64,000 nt of DNA. It comes from Octopus sinensis (taxonomy: Eukaryota). Shown here in pieces: positions 51,371 through 64,000 of this stretch (its first letter is position 1; every line of letters begins with the position of its first letter). The position numbers and the translations under genes were made by a program. The notes beneath the pieces are model-generated. The model saw only the letters and a list, made by a program, of their open reading frames with translations. It was not told the DNA's origin and did no database searches. Where the stretch lies: contig NW_021835971.1 in assembly GCF_006345805.1 (NCBI RefSeq), positions 1 through 64,000 of the forward strand, in the 5' to 3' direction.

Positions 51371-52066
51371 ACCGCTGGTTTTCTGCATGTCAGAGTTTGA
51401 GACTACTATCAAACTAAACTTATTGTATTTTCTCATTCTAAGTTTCAGTGATATATGTTTTTTCTGAGTCAGATGTTGTATATTTTGTAAAGTATATAAA
51501 AGCCAGCATTTTTTGATAAATATTATCAGCATCATTTAGTAGTGATTTGGGTTTTTTGTGTACTTCAGCATTTATCATTTCTTGACTTAGTCCGTTCGAT
51601 TCGTATATAGTCAGTTGTTAAAATATTATTTGCAGATTCCATTTATTCAAAATAATTTGTACTTTAAGTAGAATTTGGTATTTCCTTGTCAGTAGATATA
51701 AAGTCTACATCATTTTCATAAAATAGTTTAATTTTATCTTTTATTTAGGGCTCATATCGTCTCTCTGGGAGCTGCTTCAGATACATGATGCAGTAAGGAA
51801 GGCGAATTCTGCGGTGAAGTCAACTAATACCAGCAGTTTTTTTCCTCTATAAAGAACACTATTATACTTTAAGAATACAGTTGTCGATCTCCTTTTAATG
51901 TCTGTGTACAACAAACCTGATTTTAAAAGTTCTGACGCACAGACATTGCATTCTAGATCGCAACTGATTATCCTAAATAATATTAAAAGCTTCAATTATT
52001 TTAACATTAATTCATTTTTATATAAATATTTAAATAATAAATTTTATTTGTGTCACACGTGTTGAC

Positions 52067-54302
52067 ATGGTGGGTTATAACTTCCGAGGCATAACAGTAG
52101 TTCCATCAGCAAAAGTATAAAGCAGAATAAATAAAACAGAATTTTATCGACTTTACCCTTTCCAAAACACAGAGAAAAACACCAACAGTAGTCCATAAAC
52201 GAGAAAAACTAACAAAAATCCGTCAATTTTATCTCCGTAAAATCAAATTCACACAACAAAACTTCCACGACCGCCTAACAGCAATAATCTCCCAATTCCC
52301 CAAACTCGATGTACCCATTTTATAACACAAAAAGGAAGTACATCCATTCTACACAGACCTAATGAACATTCTATACGACCGAGATCACTATAAACTAGCA
52401 CTCGGACAGATCAACACTGCAAAGAATTTAATCGACAAGTTTATTTACTTTATCACCACCTCAGTGTTGCACGTGACTACACCAGACTTGTCAAACTCGC
52501 AGATTCTCTTTTCCGATGTAAGCAACTCAAAAGAGCGGGACTTGGGAGGTTGTGGTGTATGGAATATCAATGTAGAATGGTGACTATAATAAGAAGACAG
52601 TCCTCCTCTCTGGAATACCTCGAGCAGGTTAGACAACATCTCAGTAGACTTCCCACAATTGACCCCAGTACTCGGACTTTGATTATATGTGGGTATCCCA
52701 ATGTGGGCAAATCTAGTTTTCTTAACACTGTGAGTAATGTCTATTTATTCCTAGATAACCAGAGCTGATGTAGAAGTACAGAGTTATGCCTTTACCACTA
52801 AGTCCCTTTACGTAGGCCACACAGACTATAACTATCTTAGATGGCAGGTTCGCCATACTATAATTATTTTATTATTATAAAATTAGTTTATAAAATAATA
52901 ATTAATTAAATAATATGTGATAATTAATTAAGGTGATTGATACTCCGGGAATACTGGACCATGCATTGGAGGAAAGGAACACAATCGAAATGCAGGCAGT
53001 GACTGCTTTGGCTCACCTGAAGGCATCAGTAATATACATGATCGACCCATCCGAGTCCTGTGGATATTCCCTCTCTCAGCAAGTAAAACAATAAATAACT
53101 GTAGTTTGAACTGTACGAGAACATAAAACCACTTTTCCAAGGCAAGCCGGTCTTAGTTTGTGCAAATAAGACTGATTTGTGTCCATTGGAACAACTAATA
53201 GATGAAAGAAGAGTACTGTCCTTATAGTAAATATATATCAGAGTGTGATCTCCAAGTTTGAGGGAACTGTCCTTCAAATGAGCACGATTAGTGGAGAGGG
53301 GATAGAACAAGTAAAAGGAGATGCGTGTGACCGATTATTGGAGATGAGAGTTGAAGCTAAAATCAACTCAAAAGGGGTCGATTTGGTCAGCCGAGTCCAC
53401 GTGGCAGAGCCTATTCCGCGTGATGACAAGGTTAATGCCACAAATGGATTGTAGTTGAGACTCCCTTACATCCCTGAGGTCATAAAACCGGAAGGTTCTA
53501 AGCGATTAGAAAAGGACATTGAACGGGAAATGGGAGATGATTATTTTATTGATTTTAAAAGTAGTTTTGTGGTTATTGTTTGTAGAGAATTATGATTTGC
53601 CAGAGGAGTACAAGTATGATGTAATTCCGGAGTTTTATAATGGTCATAATGTGGCTGATTTTGTGGATCCCTTTATATTTAAGGTAGTTACTGATGGGAA
53701 TGAGTGGTAGAGATTGGAACAACTCAACACAGAGGAGGAGTTGAGGGAAAAAGCGGGGTTTTATGATAGTTCAGAAAGTGAGGACGAAGACACAAAGAAG
53801 ATTCGTGCCACAGCAAAACAGTTTTATTTTGGCATATTAGTAATTAGGATCAAAATACAAAAGAATTTGTTAATCCAGAAAGGACGAGTGAAGAGGACCA
53901 TCAAACGAAAGACTCCACGAGCACTCCACAGACTCGAATTGAGGAGTCTCGAAAAGAGAATGAGAAGAGGAAGCGAGGCCTATGACCCCACAATAGTGAG
54001 CGTATTTATATTTATTATAGTTCAAAAAACTGAGGAATTCGTCAAATGTGAATCGAAGGGCTGTGACCTTGAGTGCTGGTGAGAAGGCCGAGGGGGGTCG
54101 GGCATTGGTCAAGAGACCTGGTCGAGATATGAGTGGACTTAAGGATGAGGCGGCCTATCGCGTGGTCACTAAAATGCAGAGATGTGCACAAAGGAAAATG
54201 GCTTTGGAGTCTAGGAAGGGAGAGGGAGATAGACATGTCCCTAATCTGAGACCAAAGCACTTGTTAAGTGGAAAGAGAAGATTTAAGGCTAATCATCGAT
54301 AA
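52067..54302 (+). CDS. GTPBP4: Nucleolar GTP-binding protein 1 / NOG1 (14 exons, 13 introns)
   Basis: Spliced [66 protein letters not shown]. Twelve introns are 22-29 nt and one is about 85 nt. Stop TAA at 54300-02. Confidence 0.96.
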
Positions 54303-57300
54303 TTTACTATTAATTCAATTTTGTTTATACTTTTAATCTACGATTCTTTTGGGTCTAAACATTATTTAAAAGTAAAGGAATTTATGAAATTTAGTTTTTA
54401 GATGCTATTGTTTTGATCTGTATGTTTTAATTGCAACAATTCTAATTTTGATTACGACAAATCCGAAATAGATCTATAATAATACGCGTTAAATAATTAC
54501 GTTAGCCTAATCATTGCTAAAGAATTCAACAAAACAAACCATTGTGAAGATAGTGCTCTGGATGTCCTGAATTATATTAAAAAAAATTTAAAAGAACCAA
54601 AGCAAAATCACATTCAAAATGTCTCATTCGGTCAAGGACGCATTGAAGACGCCCTAAAAAGTTCAAAAGCTGTCGACTTGGTCGTCGTTAACCCACCTCT
54701 AATAGGACTTTTTCAACACGTTTAATACGTTAAAGATTTCGCTCGCAAATATTTATTAAGTCTGTATTTTTCTAGATCATCTAATTTAATTGTCCAACAA
54801 TTCGGGTCTTTTTGTGGTCTCAGCTTCTTTTGCTTAATCGCAACATAAATCGCTACCGTTTATAAGAGCTGCTTTAGTGAACGAAACAATTTTCTTTGAA
54901 CCCAAAGCATAAATACAGAAGTATATTGTGTATTGCCAATATCCATCAGATTATATCATCCTCAATTCAAAAATCCCTAAACAAAAACGGAACCGCAACT
55001 AATTTTGATTATTACATTTCCACTTTATATATTTTTTGTTTATATTTTAAGCCTTATAAACATCTAATAATTACAAAAAAATTGAATTGAAATAAATCTA
55101 TTTTTTTACTTTTCTTAAAATTTTTGATTTACATAGAGTTAGAAATTAATAACAGTAACAGTTACTGTTACTGTTAGAAATTAATAAGTTTACATTATGG
55201 TGAGGTTAAACCCTTGGTATGCTATAAGATGGATATGATCGGAAGAGGCATTCCCGCATGAAATTTATTTTAAAGTCATCTCTATCAGAAGATGTTTTAA
55301 ACCAAGTAATTAGAGATTATTAAAAAAGACTGCTCTTTTTGAAAAATCTACAGCACTATGATAAAGGCGATTGAAAGACGTAATCGATTAGAAGCAGAGA
55401 TTGCTGATATCAACCTCCCTGATTCAAATGCAGCCGAGTTCAAAGGCCTAAAATGGGGAAAAACGAAGAACTCAAAGAGCGCCTACTTCAATTAATAGCT
55501 CTCCAGCTCGAAGTGCAGAAAAGCTAGACTTTGAAACTAAAAAATAGTTTATCAAAAGATTCAGCAAGTGCCACACGTCTTGTTTAAACCATTAAACTGA
55601 TTCGCGGACCACAGGAACATCTGTTCTTTAAAAGTTCTAAGAGAGCACGGAAAAGAATACCAGAATAAATCAGAAAAACTTGATATCGAAATCATTCGTG
55701 ACCAAATTTGTTTAAAAGAACAAGATAGAAACCGTTATTGTAATGGCTTGATTGATCACATTCGTCTCGTCTCTTTTCATTCAATAAAGACCCCACTTAC
55801 TCTTCTGAAGTGGACTTTAAGCAAGCTATTGAAAAGATGAAATAAAAACACCTGGTTAAAAGGTCTCATTTTCGACCTTAGATGCAATGATTTTTCCCTG
55901 CAAAAAAATTCGAAAAAAGCCTATGCACTGATATTTTTCCAATGTGTAATGAATACTGAAGTTGATGTTAATGAATTTTCTTTGAAGTTAATCAATGATT
56001 AAAAAATTAAGATTTGTTTAAAGTATTTAAATCAAATGATTTTAATATAACAAATGACAAATTACGTATTTACATGAATATCCTTGACTTTTTAAAATTA
56101 CCACGACTATTCATGAGTGAAATTTAGATATATTTTAATGTTTTTATTTAAGATTTGTTTTTTCCATAAAACCTGTCAAAAACTTTAAACGTGAGTTGAA
56201 TAAAAAGAAAATTTAAAAATTCCCGTCCTTTTCAAAAAATCAATACGAATGGAATATTAATTTAAATAAAAATGACAACAAATTGGTTTCTATTTTTATT
56301 GACTAGAGATCAGCATTATATCCTGATTATTTTAAGTCTGACAAAAATTTATTTCCATTTTATGTTCGAAATGATAATATTTTAATCTTTGTTAATTATT
56401 GATTGTGTCTCCTAGACTTACATAACCAGATTAATATAAAGGATTTGCTGTTCGTTAAAATGCTTGGTTATCTAACGATTTTAAGCTCCCTGGTTTTTCT
56501 CGTGACTTCACAAGGTGGAACTTGGCTCATTATTCATCTATAGAATGCAACAAAACCAAAAGAATCGCTTTGGATTCCGGCGAAGAGCGAATTTCGTTAA
56601 TAAAATATCCGTGTGGCACTAAACACGTTAAAAGTTTTTTATCACAAAAAATTTCACGGCACAAATAATTAATGATTGCGAAAATAAGTTGTAATGCGGA
56701 GAAAGGAAAGTATTAATTGGTAAACTCGCAATAAAAATGAACTCTTTGAGCAACTCTTGTTTTAGAATTGTTTTTCTTTACAAAAAATAGTTTGTGAAAT
56801 CGTGGGAGAAGTCATTTCGATCACCAATTTGAACATCAACCAATTTGAACATTGTTCTGTCGTTACCGGAAGCATTTTCATAATGCCACACGAATCTTTA
56901 ATTGCAAGTCCTACAATTAGAGATATTCAAATTAAAAACTTGAAATATCTAAGTTCTGTCCAGGCATGATGAATTAAAAAATCTTAATTTTCTTAAAAAT
57001 TTGGAGTATACTGGGATTTGGCGACAGTCTACTGCGATCAATTCAATTACTTGAAGAAAGAATTTGGACTTAATAACAATGATTTGAAATTAAAATGAAG
57101 CCTCATTAAATGGCGATTACATTGGGTTACTTTTCTCATTTAACTAATTAAATAATCTCTTTTGTTCTCGTTAATTTTGTTTTATTTCATTTAGAAAAGT
57201 TTTATGTTTTATTTTAAAATTAGTTTAAAAAGACCATTGAAAGGACCTCCATACTTCAGAAAATAAGAGTTGATGACCGTAGTCGAGTTAAAAATTCCTC

Positions 57301-57489
57301 TGCATACAAAGTCAATCAATTAACTTTGCCGTTTAGATAGAAGGCTAATAAAAAATGGAATTCTACAATAAATACATTTTTATGCAAACTTTCGCTTATG
57401 TTATGCTTCCCATAAAGCTATAGAATGGCTATTTTTTAGGTTTATAAATCGTTAGTTATTTTAACTAAAAAATCCATGTTAAAGTAATT

Positions 57490-58030
57490 AATTAATTAGC
57501 TTAATCTTCTCTTTTTGGGCCCATAATCCAGTGACCGTATGGTTGTGTTCTCGTCGAAGCACACTCCACATTCTGAGGCTGCCCTTGGTTGACATTCCGT
57601 TTCAGCTTTCTCCTCACGAGGAATCGATATACCATGCCTCTCTTCAGCCTGCATGCTCTCCAATGTCTTCCTCAGAACCACTGTCTGAATATATGCTCTC
57701 ACTCTTTCTTCCAGCTTGAGGACATCAAGATGACCCTTGAAAAATCTTGAGACAATTCCATCCCAGGTCATTACAACAGGGATTACTTTCACTTTTGCGT
57801 GATGAATTGCTTCAAGTTCATTTGCCAATAAGTCATATTTGTGGAACTTCTCAACTTCGACCTGCTTTAGGCAATTTTGCGAAGTAACCCCAACTTCGAT
57901 AAGGGTGATTGTATTCCTTACTTTGTCATGGACAAATATATCAGGTTTGTTATTCGCCACAGCTGTATCCGTACTAATCGTAGTATCCACACGAATCTCC
58001 ACAAATTCATTGCTAACAACAGATTGAACT
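57490..58030 (-). mobile_element. 5'-truncated R4/Dong-like element (REL domain only)
   Basis: ORF 57496-58002: NKPDIFVHDK..IEVGVTSQ..EKFHKYDLL..TWDGIV. Confidence 0.85.
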
Positions 58031-58039
58031 GACGACAGA

Positions 58040-58125
58040 TTGTTACACGGTCCAAAAAATGACCGCGGTACTAAAGATTGCTCCGAAGTTTAAAAAAACC
58101 GCGGACCCTAGTTTAAAAAACACTG
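58040..58125. mobile_element. Solo hAT-type terminus
   Basis: ..GTTTAAAAAACACTG followed by CTTTAGAC (central TA); subterminal CCGCGG repeats. Confidence 0.55.
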
Positions 58126-58200
58126 CTTTAGACGGAAATTTAGTCATTTTACTCCGAAAAGCAGTTTAAATAGCAAGAATTAATTTTATATGATCTAATC

Positions 58201-59383
58201 CAGGGGTCGGCAAAAGCAGGCTCGCGAGCCTTTGAAGGCTCTTTAAATCTTACGGTAGGCTCTTTCAATTTTTAACTATTTTTTTAATAAATGATTTTAA
58301 TTTTTAACTATTTTTTTTGTTTTGTTAATAAAAAAATCTTTGCACGTTTAACATTAATTTTTTGTGGTACATCGATATATGACTAGCAATAAAAAAATTA
58401 ATAAAAAAATCGATAATGGGCGACATTTTCAATCAAAATGGACTGAAATTTTTGCATTCACGTCTAATTCAGAACAACTACCGAAATGTCTCATTTGCCA
58501 GGAAACTTTGAATCAAAATAAAAAGTCAAATTTAGAGAGACACTTTAACACAAAACACTCAAATTTCGCAAAAAAATATCCAATTAGTGATTCCCGAAAG
58601 AAAGCTGTAGAAAAACTTGCAAAGAATAATCAGATTGAGAATTCCGCTTTTAAATATTGGTATCACAATGCCAGGACTGCAAATATTGCCAGTTTTTTGA
58701 CAAGCCACGAGATCGCAAAAAGGGGAAAACCATTTACCGATGGCGAATTTATAAAGGCATGTTTCATTAAAACCTCTGAAGAACTTTGAAATCAACGCAG
58801 CTGAGTTCGAAATGCAGCTATTGGACTTGACATGCAAGGAATTATGGGCATCAAAATTTATTCGCCTTTCAGAATTACTTGAAACCTTGAAAAGAAACAT
58901 TGTCTGGTAAAATTAAAAATGATATTAATGTTATACAAAAGAAACTTGAAGATGTGATTTTCGAAACTTGAATTCTTTTCCAGATTCTTATTATGAATTA
59001 AAAAAATTTGCATACGGAATTTTGACAATATTCGGGTCCACTTATATGTGTGAACAAAGTTTTTCTTATATGAATTATATAAAATCTAAATTAAGGAACA
59101 AAATTACAGATTCGAATTTGGAATCTAACCTCAGATTAAAATTAACGACTTACGACCCAGACATTAACCAACTCATCAAAGAAATGAGGAATCACATTTC
59201 TCATTAATGCGTCTGATTAATTTAATTTTTTAAAATGAATTCTTAATTATTTTTTAAATTAATGTCTATTTAATTTTATGAATTTAAATTTTTGACAAGT
59301 GGTAAAAGGTGGCTCTTTAATTTTTCGAAATTTCCAAAAATGTTCAAAATTGGCTCTTCTCCAAAAGTATTTGCCGACCCCTG
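58201..59383 (+). mobile_element. hAT (SPIN/GTF2IRD2-like) internal-deletion derivative
   Basis: TIR CAGGGGTCGGCAAA at both ends. TSD ATCTAATC at 58193-200 and 59384-91. Keeps the N-terminal BED finger (CLICQE..RHFNTKH) and the C-terminal IFGSTYMCEQSFS. Confidence 0.93.
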
Positions 59384-59880
59384 ATCTAATCTAAAAATTT
59401 CTCAAAACTATTGCAATTGCAGCATGTTTTATCCATAGTTTTCCTCTGAATTTAATTTTTATTGTGAATAGAATCTAATTTATTTTGAAATTAATCGTAA
59501 TTTTCAATTATAAACTAAGTTTCTAAGATTATAGAATAAATGAAAATCATAGAACCAAAGAATCTTTGTTAATATCAATAATTTATTATTATATTTTTAT
59601 TTATTTGGGGGCTCCTGATGATATGGATTTCTATTAATAAAATTTGAATTTAAAATTACTCCTCTAAATTATTCCATTTAACCGATTTTCTCTTTTTTCT
59701 TACTATAATGACGGCAATAAACAAAATAATCAGAAGTGCAACGAAAATAGGTATGAGATACAGCATTTCAAATTTTTCACATTTATTGGTTTCAAATTTA
59801 AATTATTTTTAACAGGAATAACACGATTTGCAAAATAATAATAAATATATACATTTGAAGTAGGACGTGTGCTATCTAAT

Positions 59881-60000
59881 GGCTTTTCTGTTGGTGTTAT
59901 TCGACTTTTAAAGGACACTGTTGATGGCTTTTCTGTTGATGTTATTCTACTTTTCATGGACACTGTTGTTGGCTTTTCTGTTGGTGTTATTCTACTTTTC
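59881..60000 (-). repeat. 45-bp tandem repeat (~2.7 copies) encoding KSRITPTEKP(S/T)TVS(F/M) in ORF 59730-60137
   Basis: Units start at 59881, 59926 and 59971; the frame is preserved on the minus strand. Confidence 0.8.
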
Positions 60001-60779
60001 AAAAGAAGTGATAAAGTTGCTGAAAAAATAAATTTTTGATTACTGTCATTTATAAGATGGTTCATATTTCGAAGATAATTTAACTCTTTTTCTAACAATA
60101 TTCGATTACTTAAATAAGAATGATTTAGAATTACCACAAAGTATTATTCATAATACTATTTGTATTGTTTGAATCAAACAAACCAAACAAGTGTAATATA
60201 TTATATAGAATTGCTCCATAATATTTCTATATAAATTTAATTTTAATTACATTTTTATTGTGGTATTTTACGTATATTACTTTACTCTCATCCTCGGTGT
60301 ATATTTTATCCATAATTTTGTTTTCTTCACTTTGAAAGATTAAAAATAATAAAACGAATTCTATTTTGATAACCAAGTGATTTAATTTATTTGACCTATC
60401 AACTTCGGTTATTTCAATTGCATCAGAGAGAGCCTATTATATAGCTAAAAATTATCACTTGTTTTGCCGTTAGAACATCGTTTCTCTATAGTTATTAATT
60501 ATAAAGCAAACAGGGATGTTATCAAAAAAAATTTTCAATTTCCATGGATAGCCTATGGATAGATTTCACATTAAATTTAAAATTACCAATTGTTTGAAAA
60601 ACTAACGCTCCTAATAATAAATAGAGACATACCATTTTTTTTCACGCTAAAGTCAAATATAAATGTGTCATGCGAAAATTCCAATAAAATTATGACTTTA
60701 TTCTTCGAAATATAAAATTTTTTTTAAATAATATGTTGCTTATTACGAAAAAAAGAATTCGGTAAAGTATTCGAAAGCT

Positions 60780-61197
60780 TCATGGACGGGAAGCCGACGC
60801 GATTGAGAAAGAATTAGAGCGTACTATCGCAAGGGTTAGCAACTGTGGGGCTATAAGTCTAAATGTACTTGAAACCCGCTGGCGCCTGTTTGGACATATC
60901 TTACGAATGAAGAAACACCTTGCAATATGGCCATGGAAGAATTTTTCGGCCATACTAAATACTCTAATTATAGAGGACGTCCAAGGGACTGTCTTCCGGG
61001 AATACTTACGAAGGAATATGCTATGATCGGAGGCCGATTGATGGATGCAGACGATCTAGACGAAATCGGAAAGAGGGCAAGACGACGGAAGGAATGGAAG
61101 GGGCTAACGACAAGAATAGTTAAAAACATGGCACAAGCGAAATCATAAACTTTGTTTACTGGCAACGCGGACGTGCATTAACTAACTAACTAACTAG
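60780..61197 (+). mobile_element. RTE-like LINE 3' end with (TAAC)n tail
   Basis: RWRLFGHILR..YRGRPRDCLP..RRKEWKGL; TAACTAACTAACTAAC at about 61179-61196. Confidence 0.75.
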
Positions 61198-61339
61198 CAA
61201 AATGTAGGTCTAGCATTACACTTTATTAACTTATCATTCGTTATTTTTTGAACTAACGTCCATTTTATAAATCCGAATTTTTTTTTAAAGTGAAAAGAAA
61301 AAATATGACAATTTAATTATTGCTTGATGAAATGATCCA

Positions 61340-62580
61340 CGTTAATTCTTGGATTGAGAGGACGAGCGAATAGACAGGCAGTCTTCGAGTTCAAACATTC
61401 TTCAAATCGCTTTTGCACAAGATAGCCAGTCACCTCACAATAGTATAAATGCGATGTATATTTTGAATCCATATCTTCACACAGGATTCGCTAAACATTA
61501 CTTCAACCATATCGATACCTGCTGGCAAAACTAGAGTTTCTCCGATATTGTTGGTTTTTTTTTACATTTTCCAATCCTGTAAGAAACTTTGTACGATGCT
61601 GGTAAAGCATTTGAAGAGACAGAAACAACCAGTGAGGCGTACTTTGTGATTTTTTTCGTTTCGGCATGTGCGGAGGCTGAGAGTCAGGGCGGGAGGCAGA
61701 GTCCATGAGAGATGACAAGGAAAACGAGTCAACACAGGTGACGTCCCAAACGAGAGCGAGTCCCCCCTTGAACGGGAAAAGCGTGGACCCATCGGGACGT
61801 TTTCCGTCGCCACGGTCTAACCCAACCGGCTCCAGGACCGAAGGGAATCCAGCGGCGTAGAGCGCGCGCTTGACAATATCATCCAAGGCGGCATGTCTGG
61901 GTATACGGCCGGCGACAAGAGAGGGGGTGTAGCCCTCTCCTGTCAATGTCCTTTCCGCATCTGGACTGATGTGGCTGGCAAATCTCTATGCCAAGCCGTA
62001 AACAGATTCCGATGCGGACAGATTCGTCGTCCAGCAACATTCCAGCAGAGGAAATCGGCAAAGCGTCAAGCCAATCGGCCGAGTGGGGTTGACAGGCACA
62101 ATTAATGCTTGCCAACTGAAACTGGTCAGCACGTAGGCGGATATCTTTAAGTACATGGGAACAATGTATATCATCCCATTTCTTTTGAACTGAGGGGACG
62201 TCCGGGATTTTAAGCCCACGAGAAATCCACATGTTGACACCCGCCGTATATTTCAACAACTCGGGCTGTTCAGGGGAGGGGAAAAGAACAGAGTTGAAGG
62301 AACTAGCAGAAGCAGACAACGAGGAAAGGTAACATGGGAGAAATAAATCAACACAAGAACGAATGCCGATGCCCCCGTAGCGAATAAATAAATTAACCCG
62401 TCGCATGTCTGAAGGTTTGAATTTAATATTTACGAGAAGCTCAAGAGCTTTGGAGACCATGTTGTCGAGACGAGACAAATGATTTTGTTCGAGAAAGCAG
62501 GGCGATGAGTGCATGAGATAAGTTAGCTTCGGTATAAAGAGATAGTTTTTGAGCAAGAAAAGTCCCAAATGGGATTCAAG
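61340..62580 (-). mobile_element. CRE-like 3' half interrupted by a hAT transposase fragment
   Basis: [43 protein letters not shown]. The segment at about 61390-61630 reads [18 protein letters not shown] (Buster/ZBED-type). Confidence 0.8.
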
Positions 62581-62773
62581 TTTGGAAATGCGGGAGATTG
62601 GATTTAAGGTTGTTTCAGTTGAAGATGAGTCTTCACATTGGTATAAAAGTCAAAGTTTCATTTTGTATTTTCATTTTTTAATTCAATAGAAAAGTGAATT
62701 TCCTTACTTTTAGAATATTCAATTCTTTGTATCAGATACCACACATCGGTCATCCTCTTATTACTATTTGCAA

Positions 62774-64000
62774 CAGAGGTTCCCAACCATTTTTAGAGCT
62801 CGCACCCCTAAATATTTTTGTACAAACTCTCGCACCCCCAGAACATATTATTATTTAACCAGAAGTTTGTTAATCGAAAAAATTAAAAATTTAACATTAA
62901 ACATAATAAAGTTTAAATTAACAAAAGTATACAGTCACACAAGAACAAAAGTAAACAATTAATAGCTTCTTTGTTCTTGTTTATTTTCAATGATTTTGTC
63001 AAATCTTGGCATTTTTTTGCTAATCGCAATACGAATGTCATGTTCAGGATTCAGGCGATTTCTGTATTTAGTTTTAATTGCCAAAAGAGAGCTGAATCCT
63101 GACTCGCATAAGTATGTCGTTGCAAATGGAATAATTTCATACAAAGCCTTTTGAGATAATTTTGGATACATTTTCACTACTGAACTCCTAAACTGTTCCA
63201 ATGTACAATTGTGAAACTGAATTATAAGTGCTTTGTTTTGTTCGAAGATCAATTAGACCTTCTTTGAGTTCATGATCATCTGACATAATTTTCAGATTAT
63301 ACGAAAATGGACTAAAAATCCATTCATCCGTAATATTTAGATCCGTTCCGAAATATTTTTCAAAAGACGTGGACAATACCTCTAAATGAGATATAATTTC
63401 TTTACGAAAAGTAGGATTCATTGAATTGTCGACCACCTTTTCTAAAGTTGGGAAATTCGTGACATTGTATGTTTCTATTCGCCGACGCCAAAGAGATAAT
63501 TTATTTTTGAATGCAGCCATTTTTTCATGTCATTTGAGTGTGCTAACATCTGTACCTTGAAGAGATAAACTCAAATTATACATGTGAGTAAAAATGTAAA
63601 ATAAGACAGCATCTGGATAAATTCATGGGATTCCAAATATAGCAATAAATCATGATTATATTTATGAAGAAATAATTTTACTTCTTCTCTTAACTCAAAG
63701 ATGCGGGTTAAAACTTGACCTCGTGAGAGCCAGCGAATTTCGGTATGAAATAATAAAATAGAATGATTGTTGCCAAGATCACTGCAAATTGTTTTAAAAA
63801 TTCGATGGTTCATAGCACGACCTCTTATCCAGTTAATAATTTTTTAAGTGGTGCCAAGTACATTTTTCAACAATGGGGGGAGAGTTTTAACAGCTAATAC
63901 ATAGCGATGAAGAAAACAATGCGTAGTCCTTATGTTCGGAATTTCATTCTTTAATAGCCCACCAAAACCGGACATATTTCTCAGCATTGCTGGAGCACCG
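62774..64000 (-). mobile_element. Decayed hAT (Buster/ZBED5-like) element running off the window
   Basis: TIR CAGAGGTTCCCAACC at 62774. Frameshifted ORFs with HTEIRWLSRGQVL, AFKNKLSLW and PFATTYLCESGFS. Confidence 0.85.

Noticed and set aside
54400-57200. Additional gene or intact TE downstream of NOG1
   Set aside because: Only short, stop-riddled coding-like patches with no motif I can name.

Overview
AT-rich eukaryotic DNA, not prokaryotic. Three host genes look intact: PSMD14/RPN11 (-), DDX55 (+) and GTPBP4/NOG1 (+). A CPVL-like secreted carboxypeptidase (-) has one apparent frameshift, and there is one tRNA-Asp(GTC). These genes are split by many 22-29 nt GT-AG mini-introns. Animal-like genes with such introns suggest a compact-genome parasitic metazoan such as a myxozoan or dicyemid; this is inference only. 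Between about 28.8 and 38.2 kb lie four decayed host genes with introns (UBTF-like, a HEAT-repeat protein, DCAF4-like WD40, USP36/42-like). The rest is nested or fragmented transposons: Ginger2/TDD-like integrase DNA transposons (TGT..ACA ends, 5-bp TSDs), hAT Buster/Charlie-type elements (8-bp TSDs), Tc1/IS630, Tigger, Merlin, and non-LTR elements (a near-intact R4/Dong-like element, about 11 CRE-like pieces, RTE, Ingi-like). Top observations: (1) A Ginger element captured a 176-bp exon of the neighbouring DDX55 gene and folded part of it into a 387-bp inverted repeat, a potential hairpin/siRNA source. (2) Ginger integrases carry host-style mini-introns at copy-specific positions. (3) The housekeeping genes show a sawtooth C/A-rich to G/T-rich strand asymmetry. 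(4) PSMD14 has an apparent GT-GG 23-nt intron. (5) An exact 40-bp copy of a PSMD14 intron/exon junction sits at a retroelement 5' end. (6) There is a 2A-like DVESNPGP motif. Everything was read by eye with no database searches. Boundaries of degraded remnants are approximate, and family names rest on recalled motifs.
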